This document shows positions 50,703 to 60,957 of a DNA stretch of 64,000 bases, piece after piece (the stretch's first letter is position 1; every line of letters starts with the position of its first letter). The notes under the pieces were generated by a model, which saw only the letters and a program-made list of their open reading frames with translations, had not been told where the DNA came from and did no database searches. Source of the DNA: Opitutales bacterium (lineage in GTDB: Bacteria; Verrucomicrobiota; Verrucomicrobiia; Opitutales; PNEW01); contig CBDANS010000006.1 in NCBI GenBank assembly GCA_965197745.1, positions 256,001 to 320,000 on the forward strand, read 5' to 3'. Made by a program: the position numbers and the translations under genes.

Positions 50703-51119
50703 ACAATTTTCGAATGTTGATTTGAAAGACGTCGGGCTTCACCCTCGGTACCGATTGCCGAATTCGGATTTATATTGTCATTGCGAGCGGAGCGCGGCAA
50801 TCCAGGGGTAAGCCAGTAAACCGTTCATCCTTTCCTACTGAACAATACTCAGGATATGGCTACTAAACCTGCAAGGTAAAATCACGCCATCAATATTTAA
50901 GGATATAATTTAGACATCCCATGGATCACCGCAGTCGACTATGCCTCCTTCCCGATGTAAAAAAAGCAATAATAGTTGCACCTTTACAAGGCGTTAACGT
51001 TATATACGGAATTGCGGATTGATTGAATAGTCACATAAATTATTCGATTAAAAGTTTTTATCGTCACCGGCATTGGGGTACGATACGGTCACTTTAAATA
51101 TTTAAATTCCATTTAATTC

Positions 51120-52145
51120 ATGAAACGAGCGTTAATCACGGGGATTACGGGTCAAGATGGGTCCTATCTTACAGAATTACTGATCGATAAAGGATACGAA
51201 GTGCATGGACTCGTCCGTCGGACAAGCACGATGATGGAACGCACCCGGATCGATCCGATACGAGAGCGCAATGCTAGTAACGGTAATCAACTTTATCTCC
51301 ATTACGGTGACCTCACTGATTATGGGTCGCTGCTCGATCTGCTTAACATTGTTCAGCCCGATGAAATTTACAACCTTGCCGCGCAGAGCCATGTCCGTAT
51401 CAGTTTTGATACGCCTGAAAGTACGACTGATATTACAGCTACAGGGACAGTAAGATTACTCGAAGCTGTGCGCCGATCAGGTTTAATCGGTAAAACGCGC
51501 TTTTATCAGGCATCATCTTCTGAAATGTTTGGTAATGCCACAGAAGTGCCGCAGACCGAAACGACCCCCTTTCATCCACGGTCACCTTACGCTTGCGCCA
51601 AGGCTCACGCTCATTGGATAACCATTAATTATCGTGAAGCCTATGGTCTGTATGCCTGTTGTGGAATATTATTTAATCATGAATCACCGCGCCGCGGTGA
51701 AAATTTTGTTACACGAAAAATAACCCAAACGGCAGGACGCATAAAAGCGGGTCTACAGAACAAGCTTACAATGGGGAACCTGAACGCCAAAAAAGATTGG
51801 GGGTACGCCAAAGAATATGTGGAAGGAATGTGGCAGATGCTGCAACAAGATAAAGCCGATGACTACATACTGGCAACGGGTGAACCGCACAGTGTGCAAG
51901 AATTTCTAGAAGCCTCTTTCCAATCATTAGACCTCGATTGGCGCGATTATTATGAACAGGATCCAAGATTTCTGCGCCCTTCAGAAGTAGATTCCCTGAG
52001 GGGTGATTACAGTAAAGCGAATAAAATATTTGGCTGGGAACCTAAAACAAAAATGAAAGAACTGGCTAAATTAATGACGGCGCACGATTATGAACTGGCT
52101 AAGCGAGAATCGCGATCTGATAGGGATTCAAACCCTGCACATTAA
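51120..52145 (+). CDS. gmd: GDP-mannose 4,6-dehydratase
   Basis: [57 protein letters not shown]. Confidence 0.97.
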   Translation: MKRALITGITGQDGSYLTELLIDKGYEVHGLVRRTSTMMERTRIDPIRERNASNGNQLYLHYGDLTDYGSLLDLLNIVQPDEIYNLAAQSHVRISFDTPESTTDITATGTVRLLEAVRRSGLIGKTRFYQASSSEMFGNATEVPQTETTPFHPRSPYACAKAHAHWITINYREAYGLYACCGILFNHESPRRGENFVTRKITQTAGRIKAGLQNKLTMGNLNAKKDWGYAKEYVEGMWQMLQQDKADDYILATGEPHSVQEFLEASFQSLDLDWRDYYEQDPRFLRPSEVDSLRGDYSKANKIFGWEPKTKMKELAKLMTAHDYELAKRESRSDRDSNPAH

Positions 52146-52223
52146 ATGTATAAAATGGCGTTCTTTATCCAATCGCCATACTGATTTCAGGTGTGAGTCA
52201 CTAAAGTATCATAATTATCACCA

Positions 52224-53150
52224 GTGAAGCTATCAATCGTCATCCCGACTTACAATCAAGATACCTTTATCGAAGATGCTATTAATAGCGTCCTCAAGCA
52301 GAGTGACTGTGAAATTGAACTCATTATTTTCGATGCTCTTTCCACCGACCGCACCGCCGAGATAGTTGAAAAATATAAAGGCCGCCTGACGTGGAAGCGA
52401 GAAGCTGACCACGGACAGGTAGATGCTATTCTCCAAGGTTTCAAGGAAAGCAGTGGAGATATCATTGCCTGGCTAAACTCGGATGATGCCTACTTACCGG
52501 GCATTTTTACTCGCGTCGTGAATATTTTTAAATCAGATCCTGATCTTCAATTTATATATGGCGACGCTCTGGATATAGATTCCCGGGGAAATATTCTCGG
52601 TCCCAATTTATTTACTGAAAACAGCGTTCCTCATCGATATTTATATTCACACAATTATATTGTTCAACCGACAATGTTTTTACGCCGCACGGTTCTTAAT
52701 GCCATTGCCCCAATGCGGGAAGATCTTCTATGGACCATGGATTACGAATGGTTCGGGAGAATGTACCTCGCTGGTTTGAAGGGGCATCGCCTTCCCGCTT
52801 TTATCGCTACAAATCGTGATTACGCACACACAAAAACAAATACCGGAGGTTTTGCACGCTATAGGGAAATGCTGCGTGTTCACGCCTCACGATCCGGGCC
52901 GGTATTTTTAACGCGGCGCGCCGTCCGGATTTATACTCTTGAATTTATAATTAAAATATTTCGCAATAAAAAATATTCCATTCAATGTCTGGAAAATCTG
53001 AGTCAACGATTTATCACCTGCTTGGATAAAATATTTCTCAAAACCGTAGCTCCCCGCAGAGAAAATGAGATCATTAAAAATTACCAGGCAGAAATACTTC
53101 CCCGGGGTCCGACCCTGAATGAGCAGTGGGATAATTATAGTGAATTTTAG
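52224..53150 (+). CDS. GT2 glycosyltransferase
   Basis: SIVIPTYNQ, GDIIAWLNSDD, QPTMF, MDYEW. Confidence 0.9.
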   Translation: MKLSIVIPTYNQDTFIEDAINSVLKQSDCEIELIIFDALSTDRTAEIVEKYKGRLTWKREADHGQVDAILQGFKESSGDIIAWLNSDDAYLPGIFTRVVNIFKSDPDLQFIYGDALDIDSRGNILGPNLFTENSVPHRYLYSHNYIVQPTMFLRRTVLNAIAPMREDLLWTMDYEWFGRMYLAGLKGHRLPAFIATNRDYAHTKTNTGGFARYREMLRVHASRSGPVFLTRRAVRIYTLEFIIKIFRNKKYSIQCLENLSQRFITCLDKIFLKTVAPRRENEIIKNYQAEILPRGPTLNEQWDNYSEF

Positions 53151-53153
53151 ATT

Positions 53154-53213
53154 GATGCAGGATACAGGATGGTGAACAGTGAACAGTGAACAGTGAACAG
53201 TGAACAGTGAATA
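53154..53213. repeat. Tandem heptamer array (GTGAACA)x5 with GATRCAG units
   Basis: Five perfect GTGAACA units at 53172-53206 plus GTGAATA, preceded by GATGCAG GATACAG. Confidence 0.95.
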
Positions 53214-53283
53214 AATAAACAACAATGCAAGTAAAAATCAATAGGCTCAATCCGAAATCGAAAATCGGCATTCCGCAATGGCC

Positions 53284-54630
53284 TCAGTCCCAGTCCACAC
53301 GTGCGCGAAGATCGGCTGAACCGAAGAAAGGTGCCTGCAGACCGGGCTTACTTACACGAATAGCGGTGATACCTCCTACCCGATGGAGTTGATGTGAGGG
53401 AGCGCCATCACCGCGATCACCCAATCCAATCGCGACATCAACGAGGTATTCACCCTCACCGAGACGACCGTCCAACCAGATAGCACAGCGGTAGAGCCGA
53501 TGGGGCTCTAAATTTTTTACCACTTTCTCTATCTGTCGTGAACTTATCCCGTAGACCACCCGTTGATGGCGGTCGACAATCTGTAAACCGAGGTAAATAC
53601 CGGTAACTGTTTCCCGTGCTTGTAAATATAAGTATAAGGAGATGGCTTCACCGACAACAAAGTCCGTTCGCGTTTTAGCTTCGGCATCCTGCACCTCACA
53701 GAAAATAAATTCTGCTTCCCGCGTCCCTATTTCGTCACGGTCACTCCAATTGCGGGGTTCTGCACCCTCAGGCAAACAAATCCCATTATCTGAAGTCACC
53801 GGTTTGAGTGGTTTATAAAGATTTGCCGATGGGCGCGGGCCCTGGTTTATTTCATGGTATAAACTGACTGCACGCGAACTTTTACCAAGAAATTTAGCAC
53901 GGCCTTCGTGCAAGACAAGGGTGCGACTACACAGTGCTTTTACCGTAACGAGGTCGTGGCTTACGAGAAGTAATGTCATTCCTTTTTCCAGTCTTTCGCG
54001 GAAAAACCGAATGCATTTTGCCTGGAAAAAGATATCCCCAACGGAAAGCGCTTCATCAACTATGAATACTTCAGGTTCCACGAGCGTTTGCGTAGCAAAT
54101 GCGAGTCGTACCATCATCCCGCTGGAATATGTCTTTACCTGCCGTTCGATAAATTCCCCGATTTCTGCAAACTCCGCAACTTCATCAAACCGGACTTCAA
54201 TTTCTTTCTGGCTCAGCCCAAAGAGGGTGCCTAACATAAAGACGTTTTCACGCCCAGTGAATTCGGGATCAAAGCCCGACCCCAGTTCGAGCAGCGCTGC
54301 GATCCTCCCTTTAACGCATTTGGACCCCGATGATGAAGTGAGCGTACCAGCCAATATCTGTAAGAGCGTGCTTTTACCTGAACCATTTCTTCCAATAATG
54401 CCTAAGCTTTCCCCACGCTTAACATGTAACGAAATATCCTGCAGGGCATAAAAAGGTTTCCCTAACTGTTCCGCACGGCTGCTCAGGGTGTAAGAAAGTT
54501 TTTTCGGCAATAATGGCAAAGCAGCCAGTCGTCGCAGCAAAGGCGCTTTAATGCGAGCAGACGGGCTGTCCCAAAGGGTATATTGCTTACACACTCCCTC
54601 CATCTCTATCACTGAACCATTTTTATCCAT
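53284..54630 (-). CDS. wzt: Polysaccharide ABC exporter ATPase with C-terminal carbohydrate-binding domain (Wzt-like)
   Basis: GRNGSGKST, YSSGMMVRLAFA, VDEALSVGD, VSHD, plus a C-terminal extension of about 150 aa. Confidence 0.9.
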   Translation of the reverse strand: MDKNGSVIEMEGVCKQYTLWDSPSARIKAPLLRRLAALPLLPKKLSYTLSSRAEQLGKPFYALQDISLHVKRGESLGIIGRNGSGKSTLLQILAGTLTSSSGSKCVKGRIAALLELGSGFDPEFTGRENVFMLGTLFGLSQKEIEVRFDEVAEFAEIGEFIERQVKTYSSGMMVRLAFATQTLVEPEVFIVDEALSVGDIFFQAKCIRFFRERLEKGMTLLLVSHDLVTVKALCSRTLVLHEGRAKFLGKSSRAVSLYHEINQGPRPSANLYKPLKPVTSDNGICLPEGAEPRNWSDRDEIGTREAEFIFCEVQDAEAKTRTDFVVGEAISLYLYLQARETVTGIYLGLQIVDRHQRVVYGISSRQIEKVVKNLEPHRLYRCAIWLDGRLGEGEYLVDVAIGLGDRGDGAPSHQLHRVGGITAIRVSKPGLQAPFFGSADLRARVDWD

Positions 54631-54801
54631 AAATGTTCACAAGTTTTACAAAATTATAAGTATTTGTCGATGGTTACCATTGCCGATTGAGGGACGGCAG
54701 ACAGGTGAGCTTCACTCACGGTCCATATTATGCTCGAATTTTTTGATTAAAAAGAACGCTCTACTTACACTATCGTATACACTCAAAACCAGGCATCCAC
54801 T

Positions 54802-55989
54802 TCATTCAAGTAAACTGGTGGCTAAGCGTTTTTCCCGTGGATTTAACTTAGTCCGTGGTTTCCGATCATTTCGACGGTGCAGCCAGAGACGATAGGTGTG
54901 AAGCCATGGTTTATACGCACGGTAACACGCCTCAAATGTTGCCCGATGGGCATGCACCAGGTTCTGAACTGAAAATCGATTGCGTTGGTCATGACCTTTT
55001 TGAATCAACCTCTGGCGCAAAGAAGTCTCATCCCAAAGCCTTTCAATAGCTGCAGCAATCGACGCTGGATTCATGGGGTCAAAATAAATAGCGGCATCGG
55101 AGGCAACTTCCGGCAAACTGGTGCGATCGGCACAGGCAATAGGCAACCCGCTATCCATAGCTTCAACCAGCGGTATTCCGAATCCATCAAATAAGGAAGG
55201 ACATACCAACATACGAGCACGGTGATAGAGCCATGATAATTCAGGGCGACTTATGCGCCCGAGATGAATTAATTTATCAGCATAATTAATCGCTTTTAAC
55301 ATGCGAAACCAATCTTCACGCCCATTTATTAAACTTCCCGTAAATATACAGGGAATATGCTTTCCTCTATCCGCCAGTTGTTTGAGCGCGGATATAAGCA
55401 TTTTATGATTTTTATGCGGCCAATTATTTGCGGGATAAAAGATAAAGGGTTCATTTTCTCCAAGTGGCCAATCCCCGGGTTGCACGGCCTCAGGCAGCTC
55501 GTCTGAACAGAGGTAAATTCGGTCAATCTTGCGCGAGGGGACACCCAACATCCGGACAAAAGTATTCTTTGAAAAATCCGAAATAGTAATTGTGCGATCT
55601 GCGAGTCTCAAAGAAATATCATAATGGTAGAGACGACTTTCAAAGTCTTCGCGGCTGAAAAATTCCGGGAAAAACCGCTCTTGTATGTCCACGAGCGTGA
55701 TTACGCAGGGTTTAGGTAATGGTCGTGGATAGAGGGAACCAATGGGACAGAAATAAATATCGAATTTGTCGAGATGATTGGCAATTTCTTCCTGGGCTTG
55801 AAGCCTGATTTCATGACTGCGACAAGAAGCTGGGAGTGTCCCCAGTAATGTTTCGTTCTGTGGAAAGCTGAATAGTATCAGGGAGTTATCAGGATAATAC
55901 TGATGCCAGTGTCGCAGGAGCGTAAGGACGTAATTGCAAACACCTCCCCCTTCTTCCACTAAAAGCCAAAGATTTATACCGATTTTCAT
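54802..55989 (-). CDS. GT4 glycosyltransferase
   Basis: TISDFSK, YPANNWPHKNH, PSLFDGFGIPLVEAM. Confidence 0.9.
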   Translation of the reverse strand: MKIGINLWLLVEEGGGVCNYVLTLLRHWHQYYPDNSLILFSFPQNETLLGTLPASCRSHEIRLQAQEEIANHLDKFDIYFCPIGSLYPRPLPKPCVITLVDIQERFFPEFFSREDFESRLYHYDISLRLADRTITISDFSKNTFVRMLGVPSRKIDRIYLCSDELPEAVQPGDWPLGENEPFIFYPANNWPHKNHKMLISALKQLADRGKHIPCIFTGSLINGREDWFRMLKAINYADKLIHLGRISRPELSWLYHRARMLVCPSLFDGFGIPLVEAMDSGLPIACADRTSLPEVASDAAIYFDPMNPASIAAAIERLWDETSLRQRLIQKGHDQRNRFSVQNLVHAHRATFEACYRAYKPWLHTYRLWLHRRNDRKPRTKLNPREKRLATSLLE

Positions 55990-56030
55990 AAACGCTATTT
56001 ATTGATCCGGAGATAAAATATTAAAATCAA

Positions 56031-56642
56031 TCAGTTTGATTTTAATTGGGCGCAAACGAAAAAGCTGTGCATGGCGTCGGGACCGTCATCCCAGGTAATG
56101 AGTTTGCAGCCTAATTTGTCCAGTGCGTCCTTAATAATTTCAGGAGTGGGTATCCATTTATGTCCATCGAGGACAAAAGGCGAACCAGGATGCCATATAG
56201 CGCAATCTGGATGGGGTAAATAGAGAAATATATATCCGCCGAGAATAAGCCGAGCCACCCAGGTTGTCAGCGTTTCCCGCCACGCTTCGATATGTTCCAA
56301 ACAATGAGAACTGAAAACGAAATCAAGCGAATGCTCGGGATAATTGTCGAGCAGGTTATCGGATCCGGGACCGCGCCAGATGTCTACCGGTTCAGCATGG
56401 GGCAAGGGCCAGTACCCGGCACCGATATCAATGCCATGACCCGAACAGTATTTTAGCGCTTCCCGGTGTATAGCAAATGATGCTCCACCCACAGTCAAAT
56501 AATCAGGGTAAAAATTATTTTTGTATATCCACCCACCGTTGGCACGCGATACATCAGGATGCGAATGCCATTGCCGGTAAGCTTGAAAAAGATCGGGAGC
56601 ATTGGGCATTTGCTCCAAGGGTATATTTTTGTGCTCTGTCAA
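56031..56642 (-). CDS. Class I SAM methyltransferase
   Basis: GIDIGAG, DFVFSSHCLEH, LYLPH. The start may be ATG 56609. Confidence 0.85.
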   Translation of the reverse strand: MTEHKNIPLEQMPNAPDLFQAYRQWHSHPDVSRANGGWIYKNNFYPDYLTVGGASFAIHREALKYCSGHGIDIGAGYWPLPHAEPVDIWRGPGSDNLLDNYPEHSLDFVFSSHCLEHIEAWRETLTTWVARLILGGYIFLYLPHPDCAIWHPGSPFVLDGHKWIPTPEIIKDALDKLGCKLITWDDGPDAMHSFFVCAQLKSN

Positions 56643-56797
56643 AATTCCGACTTATGATTCGAATTTTATAAGAATCCAGCCTGTGTATGTGACTTTAGGG
56701 CAAAACATAAGATTAGCGCAAGCTGGTTTAATATCAGTAAGACCATCACTATCACTTGAAAACCGGCCCATCGATAGTTGCGTAATGTCACATCTCA

Positions 56798-58105
56798 TCA
56801 AAGCCATGAATGTATTTCTTTTGCCGCGCGATTAAGCAAATACCTCTGGCTTTCAGCATCACTAAAATCACTGGCAATTCTACCCGCGGTACGCTTCCCT
56901 AGTTCCATGGCGAAGGCCTTCCCCTTATAGGAAAAGACATGGGGCAGGAAATCCATTAAATTATGGACGAATTTTTCCGCACTGTGATTTTCTTCCAGGT
57001 ATTTTCGTCCCGCAATACCCATTGTGCGATAACGTTCAGGATTATTTATACAGTTATCAAGATGATCGTGTATATCTTTCTTTTCCATATCGGGACGAAC
57101 AAAGGCGACACATGACTCCGGCAATTGTTTAAACCAACCAGCTTTTGTAACAAGACAGGGCAGTGCATGGTTCCAGGTACGGAGAAGCGACCCCGATGCC
57201 TCCCCCCGAGTTGGATAGCGAAGATTAATCGCGAGGTCGGCTGCGTCTAAAGCTGCGTTTAATTCTTTATCAGAGACAAAACCATGGAAAGTAACCCCCT
57301 TTTTTAAATTCAGTGACTCGATAAGTGAATTGACTTCATCGAGAAATTGAATCTCGCCGTAAATATGAAGATGAAGCTTATCTTTCCGTGGAAATACCGC
57401 TAAGGACTTGAGAAGAGGAATCAATCTACGGTTCTTCCCACCGAAGTAACCAAAGCAAATTAATGAAAGTTTCGATTTCTTATCAGTTGACTTGATTTTA
57501 AAATTCAAAGGCCTGAGATTATTTTCATTAGCGTATGGCAACGGCGTATAGAGAACAGGCGCCGGATTTCTCTCTGATATGTAATCTAAATTATCAGGAT
57601 TATGAATAACGACACCGAGTGAATTGTTTAAGGCAAGCTCATAAAATGGAAAGAGGGTAATCATATCGTCTTTAGATGTCTCCCCGTTGATATATTTTAT
57701 CCCCCCTTCTAATCCTTTCGAACCATAATAAGAGCGAAGCTTCTCAAGGTATTTATAATCACTTTGTGGACGAAAAATACCTTCAAACAATTCATGTAGA
57801 TTTAAATCATGAAGTAAAATAATTCCGGAATGCTGCTGGCTGAAAAAGAAAATATCTTTGTGATAAATGCCATCGTTCCCTATATTATACAGTGTCGCGT
57901 CCGCTCTATTCAATGTTGCCCAGGACAGGTTACCCTCTTTAAATGAATAAACAGGTGCATAGCGTTCGAGTGATTTGTCCCACTCCTGTTGATAAGTCCA
58001 AAGCGTCAGGTCACAAATTCGTGAAAGGACAGGAATTATTCTCGCCGTGTAATGGGCAATATCGGTGCGTGCTGGAGGAAGAGGAGAAAACCAATTGATC
58101 TTCAT
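56798..58105 (-). CDS. GT4-like glycosyltransferase
   Basis: WFSPLPPARTDIAHY, YNIGN, LHD, NLRYPTRGEASG. Confidence 0.85.
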   Translation of the reverse strand: MKINWFSPLPPARTDIAHYTARIIPVLSRICDLTLWTYQQEWDKSLERYAPVYSFKEGNLSWATLNRADATLYNIGNDGIYHKDIFFFSQQHSGIILLHDLNLHELFEGIFRPQSDYKYLEKLRSYYGSKGLEGGIKYINGETSKDDMITLFPFYELALNNSLGVVIHNPDNLDYISERNPAPVLYTPLPYANENNLRPLNFKIKSTDKKSKLSLICFGYFGGKNRRLIPLLKSLAVFPRKDKLHLHIYGEIQFLDEVNSLIESLNLKKGVTFHGFVSDKELNAALDAADLAINLRYPTRGEASGSLLRTWNHALPCLVTKAGWFKQLPESCVAFVRPDMEKKDIHDHLDNCINNPERYRTMGIAGRKYLEENHSAEKFVHNLMDFLPHVFSYKGKAFAMELGKRTAGRIASDFSDAESQRYLLNRAAKEIHSWL

Positions 58106-59148
58106 TGCAATAATGTCTGAACTACGTGTTTCCAGGATAAATTCAGCGAGTGGTATTTCTCTTTACCGAGTCGCCCAGCTTTTACCGCAAACCCGGGATC
58201 GCCCCATAGTTGGTCCAAATGTTCTCCTAACGAATCAGGAGTAGGTTGAGCGACTAATCCGTTAACTTCATGATCAACAAATTCGAGTGGCCCTCCCGAA
58301 TCACTGCAGGTAACTACCGCCTTCGAGGAAAGCATCGCTTCAAGGGTAACATAACCATAATCTTCATCCAATGGTGTAAATAATACGGCCCTCGCCCGAG
58401 CGTAGAATCTCTGTTTTTCTTCATCACTTACCCAATCGAACCAGGATATTCGATCAGCGACTTTGAGCTTTTCCGCCAAACTTTTCAAATCTCTCAAATA
58501 TTCAGGATTGATCGGGCGACCCGAAAAATAAATTTTCACTGGCTTCTTCGTGCAGGTAAGGGCGCGAATGACTAAATCGTGACGTTTGAGGACTTCTAAT
58601 CGGCTGGGATAATAAATATAATCCTCACTATCATCACAATAGAAACTCTCTGCCGAGGGCGGTGGCGGGTAAAGGGGTGGCGCAGATATACGACAGTACT
58701 TTTCCAGACGGCCGGAAACATTGGCGGAAAGTGTATGTATGCGTTTAGCTTCTAAGAGCAATTGCATTTCGAGATGTTCAATACTATGCCGTATTTTATC
58801 TCCATCGGGATAAGGGGCTAAATCATTGTTGGTATTTTCCCACAATTCAAAAGCGGAGCGGTGCTGATGTAGAATCCAGAGAACCTTATTAGGATGTTTA
58901 ATGTGATAGGCAGGAAATTTCAGACCGACGACCAAGTCAACGGGAACACCATTGCTTTCCGTAATATCGAGCATGCGGCAAGCTAAAAGATGATCGAGAA
59001 TTTCCTCCGGTGGGTACCAACGAAAAGGGATGGCGACAATTTCCGCTTGATGCCCCTCTTCCACGAAAGCATTTTTCAATGATTCAGCGAGTAATTCGGC
59101 GCCACCATAACAAAATGGCACTTGGGTTGTGGTGATAAGAATCCTCAT
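58102..59148 (-). CDS. GT4 glycosyltransferase
   Basis: GGAE, HPNKVLWILHQHR, DEDYGYVTLEAM, DSGGPLEFV. Confidence 0.9.
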   Translation of the reverse strand: MRILITTTQVPFCYGGAELLAESLKNAFVEEGHQAEIVAIPFRWYPPEEILDHLLACRMLDITESNGVPVDLVVGLKFPAYHIKHPNKVLWILHQHRSAFELWENTNNDLAPYPDGDKIRHSIEHLEMQLLLEAKRIHTLSANVSGRLEKYCRISAPPLYPPPPSAESFYCDDSEDYIYYPSRLEVLKRHDLVIRALTCTKKPVKIYFSGRPINPEYLRDLKSLAEKLKVADRISWFDWVSDEEKQRFYARARAVLFTPLDEDYGYVTLEAMLSSKAVVTCSDSGGPLEFVDHEVNGLVAQPTPDSLGEHLDQLWGDPGFAVKAGRLGKEKYHSLNLSWKHVVQTLLQ

Positions 59149-59187
59149 ATTAAGATACGATGGGACAGCTTCCCAAACGATCGATGC

Positions 59188-59715
59188 TTAAGCCTGGTCA
59201 GCAGGTGACGTCTCAGAAGGGGGACGCGAATTTTCTATTTTATTTATTTCTTCTTCCAATAATTTTAATTTTTTGCGCATACTGTTTATTTCAGCTTTTA
59301 ATTCTTCAGTTGCGCGCAATTCAGTATTGGATTGCATATTCGTTTCGTCATGATGGCGATAATTATTTAAATGGATAATTTCAATCTTTTGCAGGCGCTT
59401 ATCGATGCTTTTAAGCAGCTCTGAGAATCTGGACTGAACTTGAATTATCATACGATTCACTTTTCCCTGTTTTCGACGAAAACGTCGATAGAGGCTGGGC
59501 CCTTTAACCTTTGGGTGATTACTCTCTACGGCCTGGGATATAAACCCATCTATTTCTTCCCATTGTTGGTGCTTTATCATCGCTAACTCTAGATCTTCGC
59601 TAATGGGTAACAATTGGTCAAGCGGTTGGGACCTGGTTTTCCTGTCCAATTCCTTTTGCATCACAGAGTGAATGTCTGACAATTCAATTTTGCTCTGTTT
59701 TACCTCTTTATTCAT
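59188..59715 (-). CDS. Hypothetical coiled-coil protein of the glycan locus
   Basis: ATG at 59715 overlaps the upstream TGA (ATGA coupling); heptad-rich C-terminus. Confidence 0.6.
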   Translation of the reverse strand: MNKEVKQSKIELSDIHSVMQKELDRKTRSQPLDQLLPISEDLELAMIKHQQWEEIDGFISQAVESNHPKVKGPSLYRRFRRKQGKVNRMIIQVQSRFSELLKSIDKRLQKIEIIHLNNYRHHDETNMQSNTELRATEELKAEINSMRKKLKLLEEEINKIENSRPPSETSPADQA

Positions 59716-60890
59716 GTGCGTTTTTTCGGATTTATTAATTTCAATTTTCTTCCCGTTTTCACCCAAAAATTGCTCCTCAAGGAAGATAAGTCATGGGCCA
59801 TATTCTCTATGCGCTGCCCTAACTGTTCAATTTCTTTACGATGCTCTTCATTGATAGCTTCGATTTGCGATTGAAATTCCTTGTTCGACGCGTGAGCAGA
59901 CCTGAGCGATTCATGGGCGGCTTCGACTTCTTTCTGCGCGCGTTCGGCGTTTTCTTTCCATACATTCCGGTCTTTATCCAGCATCTCAATGAATCTTCCG
60001 AATTCTTCCGGGTTTCTATCCCAAAATTCCGGTGGCGGGCTGGACTGGACGTCCGTTATTTCCAAACCGCTCAGTTTGAAATCTAAATTTTGTTCAACCC
60101 CGGTATAGATTATCTGAGCAATAGTATCATTATTCGTGGGAAACAGGCTCATCCAATCTTTGGTTTTATGCCGCGCCAATCCCACTCTCCATTTATCAGA
60201 CCAGTTACCGGTATGCCGACGCGAAACAAAAAGCGATTCCGCATCACTGCGTGTTTTCATCCGCAATGTTTTTGCATCTCCGTAAAGCCGAGAACAGGCT
60301 AATTTCTTTTTTAAATAATGAAGGGGTTGGTTTTTTCCCATGCGCAGCCAGTATTCGTAATCGATAGCACAGTCCAATGATTCATCGAGGAGACCATACT
60401 TTTTAATTACCGTTGAACGGAAAAAAGTTGCCGGCTGGCAAATATAACAAAAATCCGCAAGTTTCGAAAAATCCCATTCTTCAGTCGGATAGGGGTAGAG
60501 CAGATGTCCGTCCTCGTCTACAATATCAGCATCACCGTAAAGGATCTCAACCTCCGGCTCCTGATCAAAAAAATCTAAAACCGCTTTAATCGCTCCAGGC
60601 ATGTAGTAGTCGTCTGAATTTATCCAGGCGATTACCTTTCCCCTTGCCTCCTGCAATCCCTTATTAACCGCACTCGCCTGGCCGCGGTCCGGTTCGCTTA
60701 TCCAAGTCGGTTGCAGCGCGTGCTTTTTAAGCAACTCGACGGTATTATCGTTACTCCCACCATCGTAAACAAGCACTTCATATTGCTCCCTCGCCAACCC
60801 CTGTTCGCCAATACTGTCGAGGCATTTTTCCAAATAAACGCCCTGCTGATACGAAGGTATGATGAATGAGATTAAAAAGTCAGTAGCCAT
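59712..60890 (-). CDS. GT2 glycosyltransferase with C-terminal coiled coil
   Basis: SFIIPSYQQ, DGGSND, WINSDD; coiled coil ending in SLRSNFWVKTGRKL. Confidence 0.9.
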   Translation of the reverse strand: MATDFLISFIIPSYQQGVYLEKCLDSIGEQGLAREQYEVLVYDGGSNDNTVELLKKHALQPTWISEPDRGQASAVNKGLQEARGKVIAWINSDDYYMPGAIKAVLDFFDQEPEVEILYGDADIVDEDGHLLYPYPTEEWDFSKLADFCYICQPATFFRSTVIKKYGLLDESLDCAIDYEYWLRMGKNQPLHYLKKKLACSRLYGDAKTLRMKTRSDAESLFVSRRHTGNWSDKWRVGLARHKTKDWMSLFPTNNDTIAQIIYTGVEQNLDFKLSGLEITDVQSSPPPEFWDRNPEEFGRFIEMLDKDRNVWKENAERAQKEVEAAHESLRSAHASNKEFQSQIEAINEEHRKEIEQLGQRIENMAHDLSSLRSNFWVKTGRKLKLINPKKRT

Positions 60891-60957
60891 GACTTTCTTT
60901 GTGAAAGTGACGTAGTTTTTTAGCTGTGCACGGGGTAAAGGTTATTGTCACTTCCTT

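Noticed and set aside
52908..53271. ORFs with repeated SLFTVHC
   Set aside because: Translation of the GTGAACA tract, antisense to a real gene.
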